Shown: positions 27,446 through 36,045 of the stretch, piece after piece | Position numbering within the stretch: position 1 is the first letter of the stretch | Layout: each line of letters begins with the position of its first letter | Virus record (IMG/VR): IMGVR_UViG_3300031627_000004 | Location: 1 to 36,207 of that record | Strand: one strand, 5' to 3' | DNA length: 36,207 nucleotides | Source of the DNA: a virus | Lineage: Duplodnaviria > Caudoviricetes | Notes under the pieces: generated by a model | Told to the model about the DNA's origin: nothing | What the model saw: the letters and a program-made list of their open reading frames with translations, nothing else | Databases searched by the model: none | Made by a program: the position numbers and the translations under genes

Positions 27446-29830
27446 CTATTCAATAGTGGTTAATTCATCATATTTGTAGATAACAAGCACACAGCGACAC
27501 TTAGCACCACATTTAGTGTCTGCTGCTGGATAGGTTGAAAGATCGCTTAATAATCTTGGGACACTGTCGCCTTCTGTTGTGCAAGTGACGCAATTGTCCC
27601 CACTTTGGCTTCTCCAATCAAAGTACCAAATAACAGGCTTACCGTTTTCAACGGTTACTGTATTACGGAGCGCCCCTACCATGACTAAGCTTGCTAAAGC
27701 AACCAACTTACCACTCCAGTTTTTAATTCTATACGACTGTGCTTTAAGCTCATCATCAACCTGAAACATCACCTGCTCGGCAGTATCTTCAGGATTTACT
27801 TGATCGGAACGATCCCGTTGAGACAATGTTGCGGCTTCTAAAATACGTCCAACTTTTTGCCTAAGCGTACCAACTAGCCCGCTTGAATCCTCTAGATACT
27901 GGATTGCTTTGCTTTGGTAAGCAAGTGCTTCTTGGGTTGGGTGAATATCAGGAACATTATTCATGAAACTCATGGCTGCATCGTAGCCAATGTTTGCTGC
28001 GTTAATATAATGTCGCGTTGTGGCCATTTCCCACCTTGCAACAAAAGCGGTAAACGCTTCATCCATGCGCCCTCTTGAATGTGACGATATTTCTAAGCTA
28101 ATGCTACCGCCCCTATATGAAGAGGCGACGATACTTCCTATCTCATCAGCAAGTCCACCATATAGAGAAGCAACCTCAAAAGTATACTCTCTAACCGCTG
28201 AAGCTAAATCTATAAGGTTGAGTGTACGCTCCCCCTTGAAGGTTTGTGGGTTTGCCCAGTGGCTAGGAAGCCCAGGATCGTAAAGCATGGCGCTTCGCCA
28301 ACCTTTCTCATTTCTAGTGCCACCTTGGGTTGGGATTTTCACCGATAAGGTGTCTTCTGGAGTAGTAGATACAGGATCAGCAGTTGCACCAGAGCTTACC
28401 CCACCCTCCTCAATAGTAGCCCCACCATCTAATGATGCGAAAGCAGCATCTCCCATTGGGACTGTTACGGCTGGCGAGTAACCTGCCGCAACTTGAGACA
28501 ATGGCATTGGCCCATAAGATGTGGTCACCATTGCAACATCACCGCCCTCAATAGGCATTAGCCCCATTTCTGACCGAGCTTCATTTACGGTAAGTACTCC
28601 TTGCCTAATCAAACTCTCGGCCCGCTTAGCCATAGAAAGTTTCTCTTCCGCAGTAGATGGTGCAACACGATCAAATGTGAAAGAAAGCTTACCCATATCA
28701 TCTGGGTCAATAAGCTTAGGTACTATCTGTGCGTTTATTCGCGCTTGGATAAGCTCAAGGATGGGGGAGATCAAATGGCTACTTGAAACATCCATCTGTA
28801 TTTCAGCAGCAGCGCGGGGTATTCCCGCTGTCTCGCCAAGCTCCACTGGCATCACGCCAAATACTCGCCAGATTGAACGGCGCATTTCGGCCACTACCTG
28901 AAGTAGCTCTAAATCTTTAGGGGTATGCCTAAGCTCTAACCACTTTGCATCTATTCCAGATGGCTGCGGGCTTGTCACCACGCGGATACGGTGATCCTTA
29001 CCCTTCATTGCCATTAGGTCTGTTCTTGCCCTCTCGGCAGCAGGCCCCGAAATACCGCCTAAAACAAGTAGCCCAGGAGGAATCTCGTCAGCATCTAAAG
29101 CTAACATTGCATGTTCGCTCGCTAAGACTACCGTCACACACTCATTGATTACCGTTTCCATCATTGGTAAACCAAGCGGAGATCTAGTGTTTGAGTAGAT
29201 TTTAAAGTAGGCGATATCTTCTGGAGCTATCTGTACAGACTCACCCCCCGCAGATTCTCGATCTTGCTCGTAATAAAGCAAGTGGCCGCGTTCATCCTTA
29301 ACTGGCATAAACTCACTTCCAAGCCACACTTGAAGCTCAGACATTCTTCCAGACTCATCTTTAACAAGCTCTATCACGCCAGCATCGTACAGTAGCAAGT
29401 CTGTAACCATGGCTGTCATCATTTCCTGCCATGTGGTTCCGTCTGTATTTGGCAGGGCTAAAAAGTTACGAACCTTATTCGCTTGCTCGCTCAGCCTTCC
29501 GTATTCAACCGTATCTCTAGGGTCAGCGTTTACTTTCACAAACCAATCCCAAGTAGCAATACGCCTTGTGATGCTGTCAACGCAAGCCCTCACATCAGGC
29601 GTGCTTCTATATAGTTGCCAATATTGCTCTGGGAACAGGCTTCTGTTTGTAGCGTAAAAAGAATTGATGCCGCCAGCTACATCAGTAGCATTATCAACAT
29701 ATGACCAACCCAAGCGATCCCGTATTGATTTCTTAGGTGCGGCATTACCTGTTGAAAGCCACCCACCTGGACGAACTTTACTCTTATTAAGAGGTACTAC
29801 TGGTGAGGAAATAATTTTCATTTTTGACAT
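27446..29830 (-). CDS. Portal protein (HK97-like) with C-terminal MuF/SPP1 gp7-like extension (794 aa)
   Basis: VRACVDSI, PN...TWQE, DLLLYD, LGLPMME, IWRVFGVMP..LG, GVLTVNEAR..MGL.PIEGGD portal motifs; C-terminal W...CVTC...CGAKCRC. Confidence 0.9.
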   Translation of the reverse strand: MSKMKIISSPVVPLNKSKVRPGGWLSTGNAAPKKSIRDRLGWSYVDNATDVAGGINSFYATNRSLFPEQYWQLYRSTPDVRACVDSITRRIATWDWFVKVNADPRDTVEYGRLSEQANKVRNFLALPNTDGTTWQEMMTAMVTDLLLYDAGVIELVKDESGRMSELQVWLGSEFMPVKDERGHLLYYEQDRESAGGESVQIAPEDIAYFKIYSNTRSPLGLPMMETVINECVTVVLASEHAMLALDADEIPPGLLVLGGISGPAAERARTDLMAMKGKDHRIRVVTSPQPSGIDAKWLELRHTPKDLELLQVVAEMRRSIWRVFGVMPVELGETAGIPRAAAEIQMDVSSSHLISPILELIQARINAQIVPKLIDPDDMGKLSFTFDRVAPSTAEEKLSMAKRAESLIRQGVLTVNEARSEMGLMPIEGGDVAMVTTSYGPMPLSQVAAGYSPAVTVPMGDAAFASLDGGATIEEGGVSSGATADPVSTTPEDTLSVKIPTQGGTRNEKGWRSAMLYDPGLPSHWANPQTFKGERTLNLIDLASAVREYTFEVASLYGGLADEIGSIVASSYRGGSISLEISSHSRGRMDEAFTAFVARWEMATTRHYINAANIGYDAAMSFMNNVPDIHPTQEALAYQSKAIQYLEDSSGLVGTLRQKVGRILEAATLSQRDRSDQVNPEDTAEQVMFQVDDELKAQSYRIKNWSGKLVALASLVMVGALRNTVTVENGKPVIWYFDWRSQSGDNCVTCTTEGDSVPRLLSDLSTYPAADTKCGAKCRCVLVIYKYDELTTIE

Positions 29831-30023
29831 ATTGTACCCAAATTTTATCTATCGTATCATGCAAGCGGCTTTTTCGGCATAAAGAAGATTTGTTGGAAGG
29901 CTACTATTCTACTTATCACGTTAGAGGGCAACAGGTAATGTATAACATTATAGGCTCTCATGGTCACTTTTAGTTAGGTAAAACTAATGTTTAGGGTTTT
30001 CTGTATTTTTCAAATTCACAACT

Positions 30024-30353
30024 TTAGCCGCCCGTATCTTTTCCACCAAGTATCAATTTAAAAGGCTCCCTGCTTTCGTTGGTAACTTGTCTTTTGCCTT
30101 CAATCTGCATGTAATGGGACGCTTCGTAAAGCTGCTGAAATACTGGAGAGTGCATAATCCCTGAATCGACAGAAAAACCCTTCTCTAAAAAACCTTGTAG
30201 CATTTCACCCCAAACACGTAACTTCTCACCTTGCTTTGAATGCGGGGCAGTAAGACCACCGCATCCTGGGCACTGTTCACACACTTGCACCCACTCCTTC
30301 CCACAAAAAAGGCACTCTCTAGAGTTTGCATATTCAGCTAATGGATCATTCAT
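30024..30353 (-). CDS. Hypothetical zinc-finger protein (109 aa)
   Basis: CLFC...CEQCPGC; C-terminal FKLILGGK. Confidence 0.6.
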   Translation of the reverse strand: MNDPLAEYANSRECLFCGKEWVQVCEQCPGCGGLTAPHSKQGEKLRVWGEMLQGFLEKGFSVDSGIMHSPVFQQLYEASHYMQIEGKRQVTNESREPFKLILGGKDTGG

Positions 30354-30417
30354 TTCAACTACCCTAATACTTCAGCATTACTATAGCAGCCAAGGTCAAA
30401 AACCGTGCGCAGTTCTT

Positions 30418-32088
30418 TCAGGATTCCCATTCTTCAGTAATGTAACTTCCTGATGTATTCAGCATGTCAGCAGCAACGCGCTCGTAGGCATCTGCAAACC
30501 TATAGTGATCATCTGCATTACCTTCGTCCCATAAGAATTTATCGCCCCGATCATTTAGCATACGCCTAGAAGCAACCATTTCATCTTGCCAGCCTGGAAC
30601 ATGCCAAACGTCTTCTGGGAATACCTTTTGTGGTGGGGTTGTCCGCATCTCATCTAGCGTTGCGTCTAACAGTTGGGTTCTGTCTACAGTTACAAGCCGC
30701 CTACCATAATCTAACCTTCTACCATAGGCTTCACGCCCTACACGGTCTGTTGGGTGGAATTGGCACAACCACAAATCACACACACCTGTTTCCATGCACT
30801 TGTCTCTTAATGCTTGGGCCATCCTCATTTCTGGGCGACTATCAACAACCGCTGAGTTTACATTGAACCTTAGTAACATTTCATATAGATCGTCAAAGGT
30901 TGCTACTGTCCCAACAAACCTACCAACCCTTGTGCGTTTGTCGGTATCCGCGTCTTTCTTTAAGATAGCTATATTTACATGCAGAGCTTTAGAGCCTACA
31001 TCTACCCCAGCCACAACAAACTCATCTTGTAAAGACTTGTGGCCAGCTACATCAATTGGATCGCCAATAGCAGCATTAGCAAGAACCTGCGCAGTAACAG
31101 CCGCCCCTTCTGCTTCATAGGGTCTGCCCATAACACTAGTGGAAAAGGCAGAAAGCTTTACTGCACTACCTTGGGCTTCTAACCACTCGTGCCACAGTGG
31201 CCTGATATCTTGACTTAGTACATCCAAGCGACTCACACAGTAACCACGCCTTGTTATTTCTGGCCGTTCTGCTATCCACTCACCACCTTTAGCCACCCTT
31301 TCAAAGGGCTTGCCGCACCTACGGCAAATTGGGCGAATCCACCCGCCTGCGGCGCGGGCTTTGTCTCGTATTACCCAGCGCCCTGTCGCGTCCCTGTCAA
31401 CAACATGCTGCGCCCATTCCAAGTGCTGCTTTTCACCACAATGCTCACATTCGTGGTGCCATTTACGCCCATCACTTATCTCGTATAGCCCTGCTATCCC
31501 GTAGTGGGGTCTTGTTGGGTTACCTACCCTATACATTTGTGGGTACGGGCTTGCACGCAAACGGTCTTTAGCCAAAGCTAAGTTTTCTTGTACGCAACGA
31601 TCAAACTCATCTACGATCAATACATCGGCACTAAACTCAATAAAGTCATTTACGGTGTTGCTGCCTAAAAACAACAGTGCGCCTTCACCAAACTTCTTAA
31701 TCCTCAAACTACCCAAGTCTCCATTGTTCGGGAGCTTCTTTTGGTAATAATGGACTTGTTCTAATGGTGGGTGTACACGCCGCTGAACAAAGCGATCACG
31801 TAGCTGATAAGTTGGCAGAACATAAGCAGCTATGCGCCCCGCCTCGCCCGCCCTTTCCAAGCACAATTGAATTAGCAATTCTGACCAACCAACCTGCACT
31901 GCCTTCATTGCGTCAAAGCCTATGTTTGGAGCATCGCAGTACAACTCTATAAGGTAAGGTTTATCTTTAAAAGTTAAGGGGGTGCCTCGTGTGCTTTTGT
32001 GGTGCTTTAAAGCGTTTCCAAGCAGGGGGTATTTCTCTTTTATATTAGCCACTACTGGGGCTACGCTTTTATCTTTCTCGTCTTTCAT
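30418..32088 (-). CDS. terL: Terminase large subunit, lambda GpA-like (556 aa)
   Basis: MKAVQVGWSE Walker A variant, LIVDEFD Walker B, GNPT coupling motif, CEHC/CRRC zinc site, AGVDVG and DDHY nuclease motifs. Confidence 0.92.
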   Translation of the reverse strand: MKDEKDKSVAPVVANIKEKYPLLGNALKHHKSTRGTPLTFKDKPYLIELYCDAPNIGFDAMKAVQVGWSELLIQLCLERAGEAGRIAAYVLPTYQLRDRFVQRRVHPPLEQVHYYQKKLPNNGDLGSLRIKKFGEGALLFLGSNTVNDFIEFSADVLIVDEFDRCVQENLALAKDRLRASPYPQMYRVGNPTRPHYGIAGLYEISDGRKWHHECEHCGEKQHLEWAQHVVDRDATGRWVIRDKARAAGGWIRPICRRCGKPFERVAKGGEWIAERPEITRRGYCVSRLDVLSQDIRPLWHEWLEAQGSAVKLSAFSTSVMGRPYEAEGAAVTAQVLANAAIGDPIDVAGHKSLQDEFVVAGVDVGSKALHVNIAILKKDADTDKRTRVGRFVGTVATFDDLYEMLLRFNVNSAVVDSRPEMRMAQALRDKCMETGVCDLWLCQFHPTDRVGREAYGRRLDYGRRLVTVDRTQLLDATLDEMRTTPPQKVFPEDVWHVPGWQDEMVASRRMLNDRGDKFLWDEGNADDHYRFADAYERVAADMLNTSGSYITEEWES

Positions 32089-32414
32089 TTACCTATGCCG
32101 TCAATAAGCGGCACACGTTCTGGTATTGGGGTACCGCTTATCAATGACCAAGACTCAAATGTATGGCCATCTTCTGCTTGGTACTTTTTAATCAAAAGCC
32201 CAACGTTATTCATTTGTACACGTTGTGCTGCGCTTGATCTTGCTATGTCTAATAGCTTTGCCAAACTTTCTGCGTCCATGTACATCCTTATATCTGTACC
32301 GCTATTTGGCCCAGCTATGTTCCTTTCAGAAACAAGCCTATGCTTGTGACCAGGTAGCTTCTTTCCTTCCCCAAACGGTAGGTTTCTTCTTATTGCGTCT
32401 ATAAGGTAAGACAT
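32085..32414 (-). CDS. Hypothetical protein (109 aa)
   Basis: ATGA overlap with TerL, 3-nt gap to the upstream gene. Confidence 0.7.
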   Translation of the reverse strand: MSYLIDAIRRNLPFGEGKKLPGHKHRLVSERNIAGPNSGTDIRMYMDAESLAKLLDIARSSAAQRVQMNNVGLLIKKYQAEDGHTFESWSLISGTPIPERVPLIDGIGK

Positions 32415-32417
32415 AGC

Positions 32418-33365
32418 TTATCCCTCCATTATTTCTGTTATTTCTGCATCAAATACAGGGGACTCTTTAGGTATTGCATTCAAGATTACACTTAGCTCCG
32501 CTACGTCTTCTTTCATTGCTTCTATTAAGGCTTGATCGTTACCTGTGTTTTTAGCTTTTTGCATCCTTACTGTGTCTACCACTACGTTGTGATTGTGGTT
32601 GTGGTCAACCTGTTGATGTACTGCCACTTGTTCTGTTGGTAGCCCTGTTAGTAGCGCCCTAGCTTTTAGCAACCCTGGGATATCGCTAACCTTTACTTGC
32701 AGTTCCCCGCTTTGGATACGCTTTGCAATAAGCCCCAAAACGGCATCTATAAGCATAACTTGCTTGCTTATGTCACCTTCTTTTAAATGCTTTGCCCTGA
32801 TCCTGCTTGCTAGGTCGCGCATGTACTTGCCTGGATCTATTTGATCTAGTTCAACCATGGCTAGTTCACTTTTATAGGCTGTTGCCCTACCTTTGTCTTC
32901 TGGATGCTCTTGCTCTATCCCTACACGCTGCTTTCGGACTTCTGACCTTAGCCGTGCGTACCCTGCGGTATGCAGCACGATGTCTAATGCCGCTCTTAGC
33001 ATTTCTGCTCTATCTGTCCCTACGTATTGTTTTAGACGCTCACGGAACACATGCAATGCTGCGTACTCTGAGTCTTTTACACAGGCTATACGGTTAGACC
33101 AACCATAAGTGGTTTTCCAATACCTTACGCTGCCTTCGCTTACACCTATTGCTTTTGCAAGCATTCTTTGGTTGCGTGCATCTGGTGTTTGCATTGCCCA
33201 AAGCAACATGCCCTCATAGGCAGCATCAGACTCCCTCTGAAGCTGTTCGAACTGCTTTAGCGCGGCAACATTAGGCTTAGGTTTTATTGAAGCTTCTGGG
33301 CTGTTTGTGGCCTTGTTGGCAAAGGTAACTGGGGGCTTTTTAGCTTTCTTCTTTTTACCGCTCAT
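32418..33365 (-). CDS. Putative terminase small subunit (315 aa)
   Basis: HTH RMLAKAIGVSEGSVRYWKTTYGW, helical middle, LLTGLPTE and terminal DAEI motifs, location upstream of TerL. Confidence 0.65.
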   Translation of the reverse strand: MSGKKKKAKKPPVTFANKATNSPEASIKPKPNVAALKQFEQLQRESDAAYEGMLLWAMQTPDARNQRMLAKAIGVSEGSVRYWKTTYGWSNRIACVKDSEYAALHVFRERLKQYVGTDRAEMLRAALDIVLHTAGYARLRSEVRKQRVGIEQEHPEDKGRATAYKSELAMVELDQIDPGKYMRDLASRIRAKHLKEGDISKQVMLIDAVLGLIAKRIQSGELQVKVSDIPGLLKARALLTGLPTEQVAVHQQVDHNHNHNVVVDTVRMQKAKNTGNDQALIEAMKEDVAELSVILNAIPKESPVFDAEITEIMEG

Positions 33366-33727
33366 ACCTCACCTATCTTACTGCTTACGCTGTTTATCAC
33401 CGCCTCTAGGGCTAGTTGAAGATCTAAGTTATTTTTAACTTCTGCCCTTTGCTTCTGCTTTTCAGCTATCTTTTCTGTCATTTGGGCCGCTACCATAGCA
33501 ACACGTGAAAGCTCCATTGCGTCTATAAAATCTTCGTGGTTTTCGGCAACAAACATTGCCATCAATCCAAGCGCAAGGTGCTTTGGTACTTCCACTGGAA
33601 TTGGGTTTGTGTCTGGCTTGTATTCAAGGGGTATATAGGCGTATAGTCCATCTTCTTTAAAAACTAAAGCTATATCGTTTTCCCCAACTGATAATACTTC
33701 GTCACTGTCTGATATATGGATCTTCAC
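33362..33727 (-). CDS. Hypothetical protein (121 aa)
   Basis: ATGA overlap with the downstream gene. Confidence 0.65.
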   Translation of the reverse strand: MKIHISDSDEVLSVGENDIALVFKEDGLYAYIPLEYKPDTNPIPVEVPKHLALGLMAMFVAENHEDFIDAMELSRVAMVAAQMTEKIAEKQKQRAEVKNNLDLQLALEAVINSVSSKIGEV

Positions 33728-33783
33728 GCTACCTGCTTTACTTAGCTGCGCAAAATGCGTAGCGTCTATTTTATATGCCCTAT

Positions 33784-34092
33784 TTATGGTACCATTTCAA
33801 TTGCTATTTCATCGTGTAATTGATTTATGTGCGTAGCCACGCCTGTCAATTTGCTAAACACCGCGCAAACCAGCGTAAAACATTCTGTCCAGTCTTTAGG
33901 ATCGCTGCATCCAAACATATCCCAATCGGCCCATTCTAGCGGTTGCTCACTTTTCCCGTACTCAACAAGCCACAGCCCTTTCTTTGGGCCACCAACAATA
34001 CCAAACCAAACCTTGTTGCCTTGAGATGAAAGCGAAAACAAAACCTCATTATGCTTTTTGTGGTGGTTGTATAAATCGCGTAGTTGTGCCAT
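33784..34092 (-). CDS. Hypothetical protein (102 aa)
   Basis: TAATG overlap with the upstream gene. Confidence 0.65.
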   Translation of the reverse strand: MAQLRDLYNHHKKHNEVLFSLSSQGNKVWFGIVGGPKKGLWLVEYGKSEQPLEWADWDMFGCSDPKDWTECFTLVCAVFSKLTGVATHINQLHDEIAIEMVP

Positions 34093-34610
34093 TACTTTTT
34101 CTCGCGCCCATCCCCAATTGCATAACCATCAAAAGCCCAACCCCTCCCCTTTAAAGCGAAAGACGTTGTGCTAATTACACGCTTGGTTTCCACCCCACAG
34201 CAGGTTGGCCCTGCATCTGAAAACTTTTGAATTACTTCTGTTTTCTTTTCACATTTTGGGCATTTGAAATCGTATATTGGCATTTTCTCTTCCTCAAATA
34301 TGTTTACGCCTTTGGCTAATGGCTCTAGCGGTACGCCTCTGCTTTCTAGCCTACTCCTTCTAAAAAGGAAAGCCTTAGCCGCAAAGGGGGTTTCTGTTAG
34401 GTGGGTACTGTTAGGCTGCCCTAACTGCTCTAATAGCTCAACCCTATACACCTTAGAAAAAAGTACGCCCAAACAGGCGTCCATCTCTTTACTTGCGGTT
34501 AGGGCTGCTTGTGCCCTGTTTTCTGCTGGCAATTCTAACCAATGGTATGAGTGGGCAAAAGACCCCTGCCTAACAACAGAAAACACCACCCTAAACGTAG
34601 GCGTTTTCAT
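34092..34610 (-). CDS. Protein ending in an FmdB-family zinc ribbon; the 63-aa ribbon (34092..34283) has its own RBS and ATG
   Basis: MPIYDFKCPKC...PTCCG..TKRVIS..SFALKG.GW..DGY is the FmdB signature; GAGGA precedes ATG 34283; ATG 34610 overlaps the upstream stop (ATGA). Confidence 0.75.
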   Translation of the reverse strand: MKTPTFRVVFSVVRQGSFAHSYHWLELPAENRAQAALTASKEMDACLGVLFSKVYRVELLEQLGQPNSTHLTETPFAAKAFLFRRSRLESRGVPLEPLAKGVNIFEEEKMPIYDFKCPKCEKKTEVIQKFSDAGPTCCGVETKRVISTTSFALKGRGWAFDGYAIGDGREKK

Positions 34611-34753
34611 GGGCGCGTTACCTTGCCAGCAATTAGAGCCATTACGCACTTAGCGCAAACCCACTGCCCAAATACCAACATAGTCGGCTTATTAGTGCAG
34701 GTTGGTAGACACCCAGTGGGGTGTTTGGGGTGTTTAGGGTGTTTGTTACGCAT
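34607..34753 (-). CDS. Small Cys-rich protein (48 aa) with (KHP)x3; below the ORF-track cutoff
   Basis: MRNKHPKHPKHPTGCLPTC...WVCAKCV...RP*; stop overlaps ATG 34610; extended -10 just upstream. Confidence 0.55.
   Translation of the reverse strand: MRNKHPKHPKHPTGCLPTCTNKPTMLVFGQWVCAKCVMALIAGKVTRP
34719..34745. repeat. Three tandem 9-bp repeats GGGTGTTT[G/A]
   Basis: Seen directly; encodes the KHP repeats on the minus strand. Confidence 0.85.
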
Positions 34754-34782
34754 TACAATTACAATCTAACGCACGCTGCCTA

Positions 34783-34791
34783 AGTATAGCA
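34783..34791 (-). promoter_or_regulatory. Extended -10 element TGCTATACT
   Basis: Intergenic, 30 nt upstream of ATG 34753; a near-identical TGCTATAGT lies upstream of 30353. Confidence 0.45.
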
Positions 34792-34837
34792 ATATTTATT
34801 GCGCACCCCGTAGATTCTACAAATATACAGCAGCAAC

Positions 34838-35173
34838 CTATTGAATAAAATCTGTGCCAACGCCCGTTCCTGATCGGATCATCAACAACATTATTGTTGA
34901 GCCAAGCATCATGGCAAACGCTGTAACTATGGTCATCTTGAATCTCTCTTTTATATCTGGCTCGTCAATAAACCAGTGTATAAATGGGAAGTTCAAAATA
35001 GGTAGTAAGAACCCCAAGGGCGCTTGTAGGTATATCCAATCATGGACTATGGCATAACTATACCAATTTGCCCAAAAATCGATAACAACACCAGATAAGA
35101 AAACAGTCTTTAACTTGTGGCGAGTCATCCACTGCCACAACCTATCAAGGTGCTTTATCAAACCCCACCCCAT
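34838..35173 (-). CDS. Small membrane protein (about 3 hydrophobic segments)
   Basis: Hydrophobic stretches VFLSGVVIDFW, APLGFLLPILNFPFI, IVTAFAMMLGSTIMLLMI; start uncertain. Confidence 0.6.
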   Translation of the reverse strand: MGWGLIKHLDRLWQWMTRHKLKTVFLSGVVIDFWANWYSYAIVHDWIYLQAPLGFLLPILNFPFIHWFIDEPDIKERFKMTIVTAFAMMLGSTIMLLMIRSGTGVGTDFIQ

Positions 35174-35445
35174 AAAGTTTGTACAAATACTGGCGGGGTA
35201 CCAATTCCAGCATAGCCAAGGATATTATAATGAAACCACTCCGTTGCTTCTTTGCTTGTCCAGTTGTTTTTCATTTCTAAGATCTTTAAAACTTTAGGGG
35301 TGCTGTACACTATGCAGTAGTCAGAGTCGAATTGGGTCCCAATGCCTATTATGGCTTTGTCAAAGGATTCTGCTGGCTCTAGGCGCATTGCTCCTATTGC
35401 GATCTCACTTATCCATTCTTCAAAGTACTCGTCTAGCACGGACAT
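35158..35445 (-). CDS. Conserved phage hypothetical protein (about 95 aa)
   Basis: FDKAIIG...VYS..KV..IL...EA.EWF.YNILG.....P.F pattern recurrent in environmental phages; ATG 35445 preferred over TTG 35553. Confidence 0.7.
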   Translation of the reverse strand: MSVLDEYFEEWISEIAIGAMRLEPAESFDKAIIGIGTQFDSDYCIVYSTPKVLKILEMKNNWTSKEATEWFHYNILGYAGIGTPPVFVQTLWGGV

Positions 35446-35720
35446 TTTGTTACCCTTTTCTTTTTTGGTTGGTAGTTTGTTGTACAAATAGACCCCATGT
35501 AGAATTTTACCTTTCCACATGAGATCTATGTAGGAGGGGGGCTGCTGCGCCAACTAAACCCCACTACAAGGAAAGCTGACGCAGCGGCATCCTTACAAAG
35601 GGCAAAACGGGGAGCTTACCCCTAAGCAGGGCTACCAACTACCTATAGGGCAGCCACTGCAAAAACCGCACTTGTCTACGGGTTGTTAGTAGGACTAAAC
35701 CTATCTTTTAAGGCTTTTCC

Positions 35721-35761
35721 AAAAACAAAGTAAGCGCCCCTGCCAAAACAAGGACGCTTAC
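35721..35761 (-). terminator. Rho-independent terminator
   Basis: Minus strand GTAAGCGTCCTTG-TTTTGG-CAGGGGCGCTTAC (13 bp, two G-U) followed by TTTGTTTTT. Confidence 0.7.
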
Positions 35762-35789
35762 AAAACATACACGGTTGCGCGTTACTTTT

Positions 35790-35960
35790 TTAGCCAATCC
35801 TGTTTCCAGGCCCATGGCTTGCAAAGGAAATCCCACAAGCTAGGCAAAGCGGTGCGTATATATTCACCGCTTTAGGGTTACCAGCAGCTCGATCACTAGG
35901 GGGCTTAACTAAAGCCAAGCTGCTACGGCACACACACACATAATGTTTAAATGACAGCAA
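35790..35960 (-). CDS. Possible 56-aa Cys-containing protein (CVC...CLAC)
   Basis: TTG start after AGGGG, TATAAT upstream at 35989..35994, terminator downstream; the transcript could instead be non-coding. Confidence 0.3.
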   Translation of the reverse strand: MLSFKHYVCVCRSSLALVKPPSDRAAGNPKAVNIYAPLCLACGISFASHGPGNRIG

Positions 35961-36045
35961 TAGTTACCCCTAGCACTAACACACCATTATTATAAGTAAG
36001 CAGAAGCAAAACAACACCCTAAAAATATGACCAGGAGGCAACATC

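Noticed and set aside
29857-29961. 34-codon minus-strand ORF upstream of the portal
   Set aside because: No RBS or motif; more likely a promoter region.
34719-34745. Short tandem repeats as CRISPR array or iterons
   Set aside because: Only 9 bp with no spacers, and explained by KHP codons.
34838-35173. Holin call for the small membrane protein
   Set aside because: No endolysin or spanin nearby; hydrophobicity alone is insufficient.
36-35297. Numerous plus-strand ORFs of 60-180 aa in the ORF track
   Set aside because: They are antisense shadows of well-supported minus-strand genes and show no recognisable motifs.
35554-36045. tRNA in the large intergenic region
   Set aside because: No T-loop consensus or cloverleaf seen on either strand.
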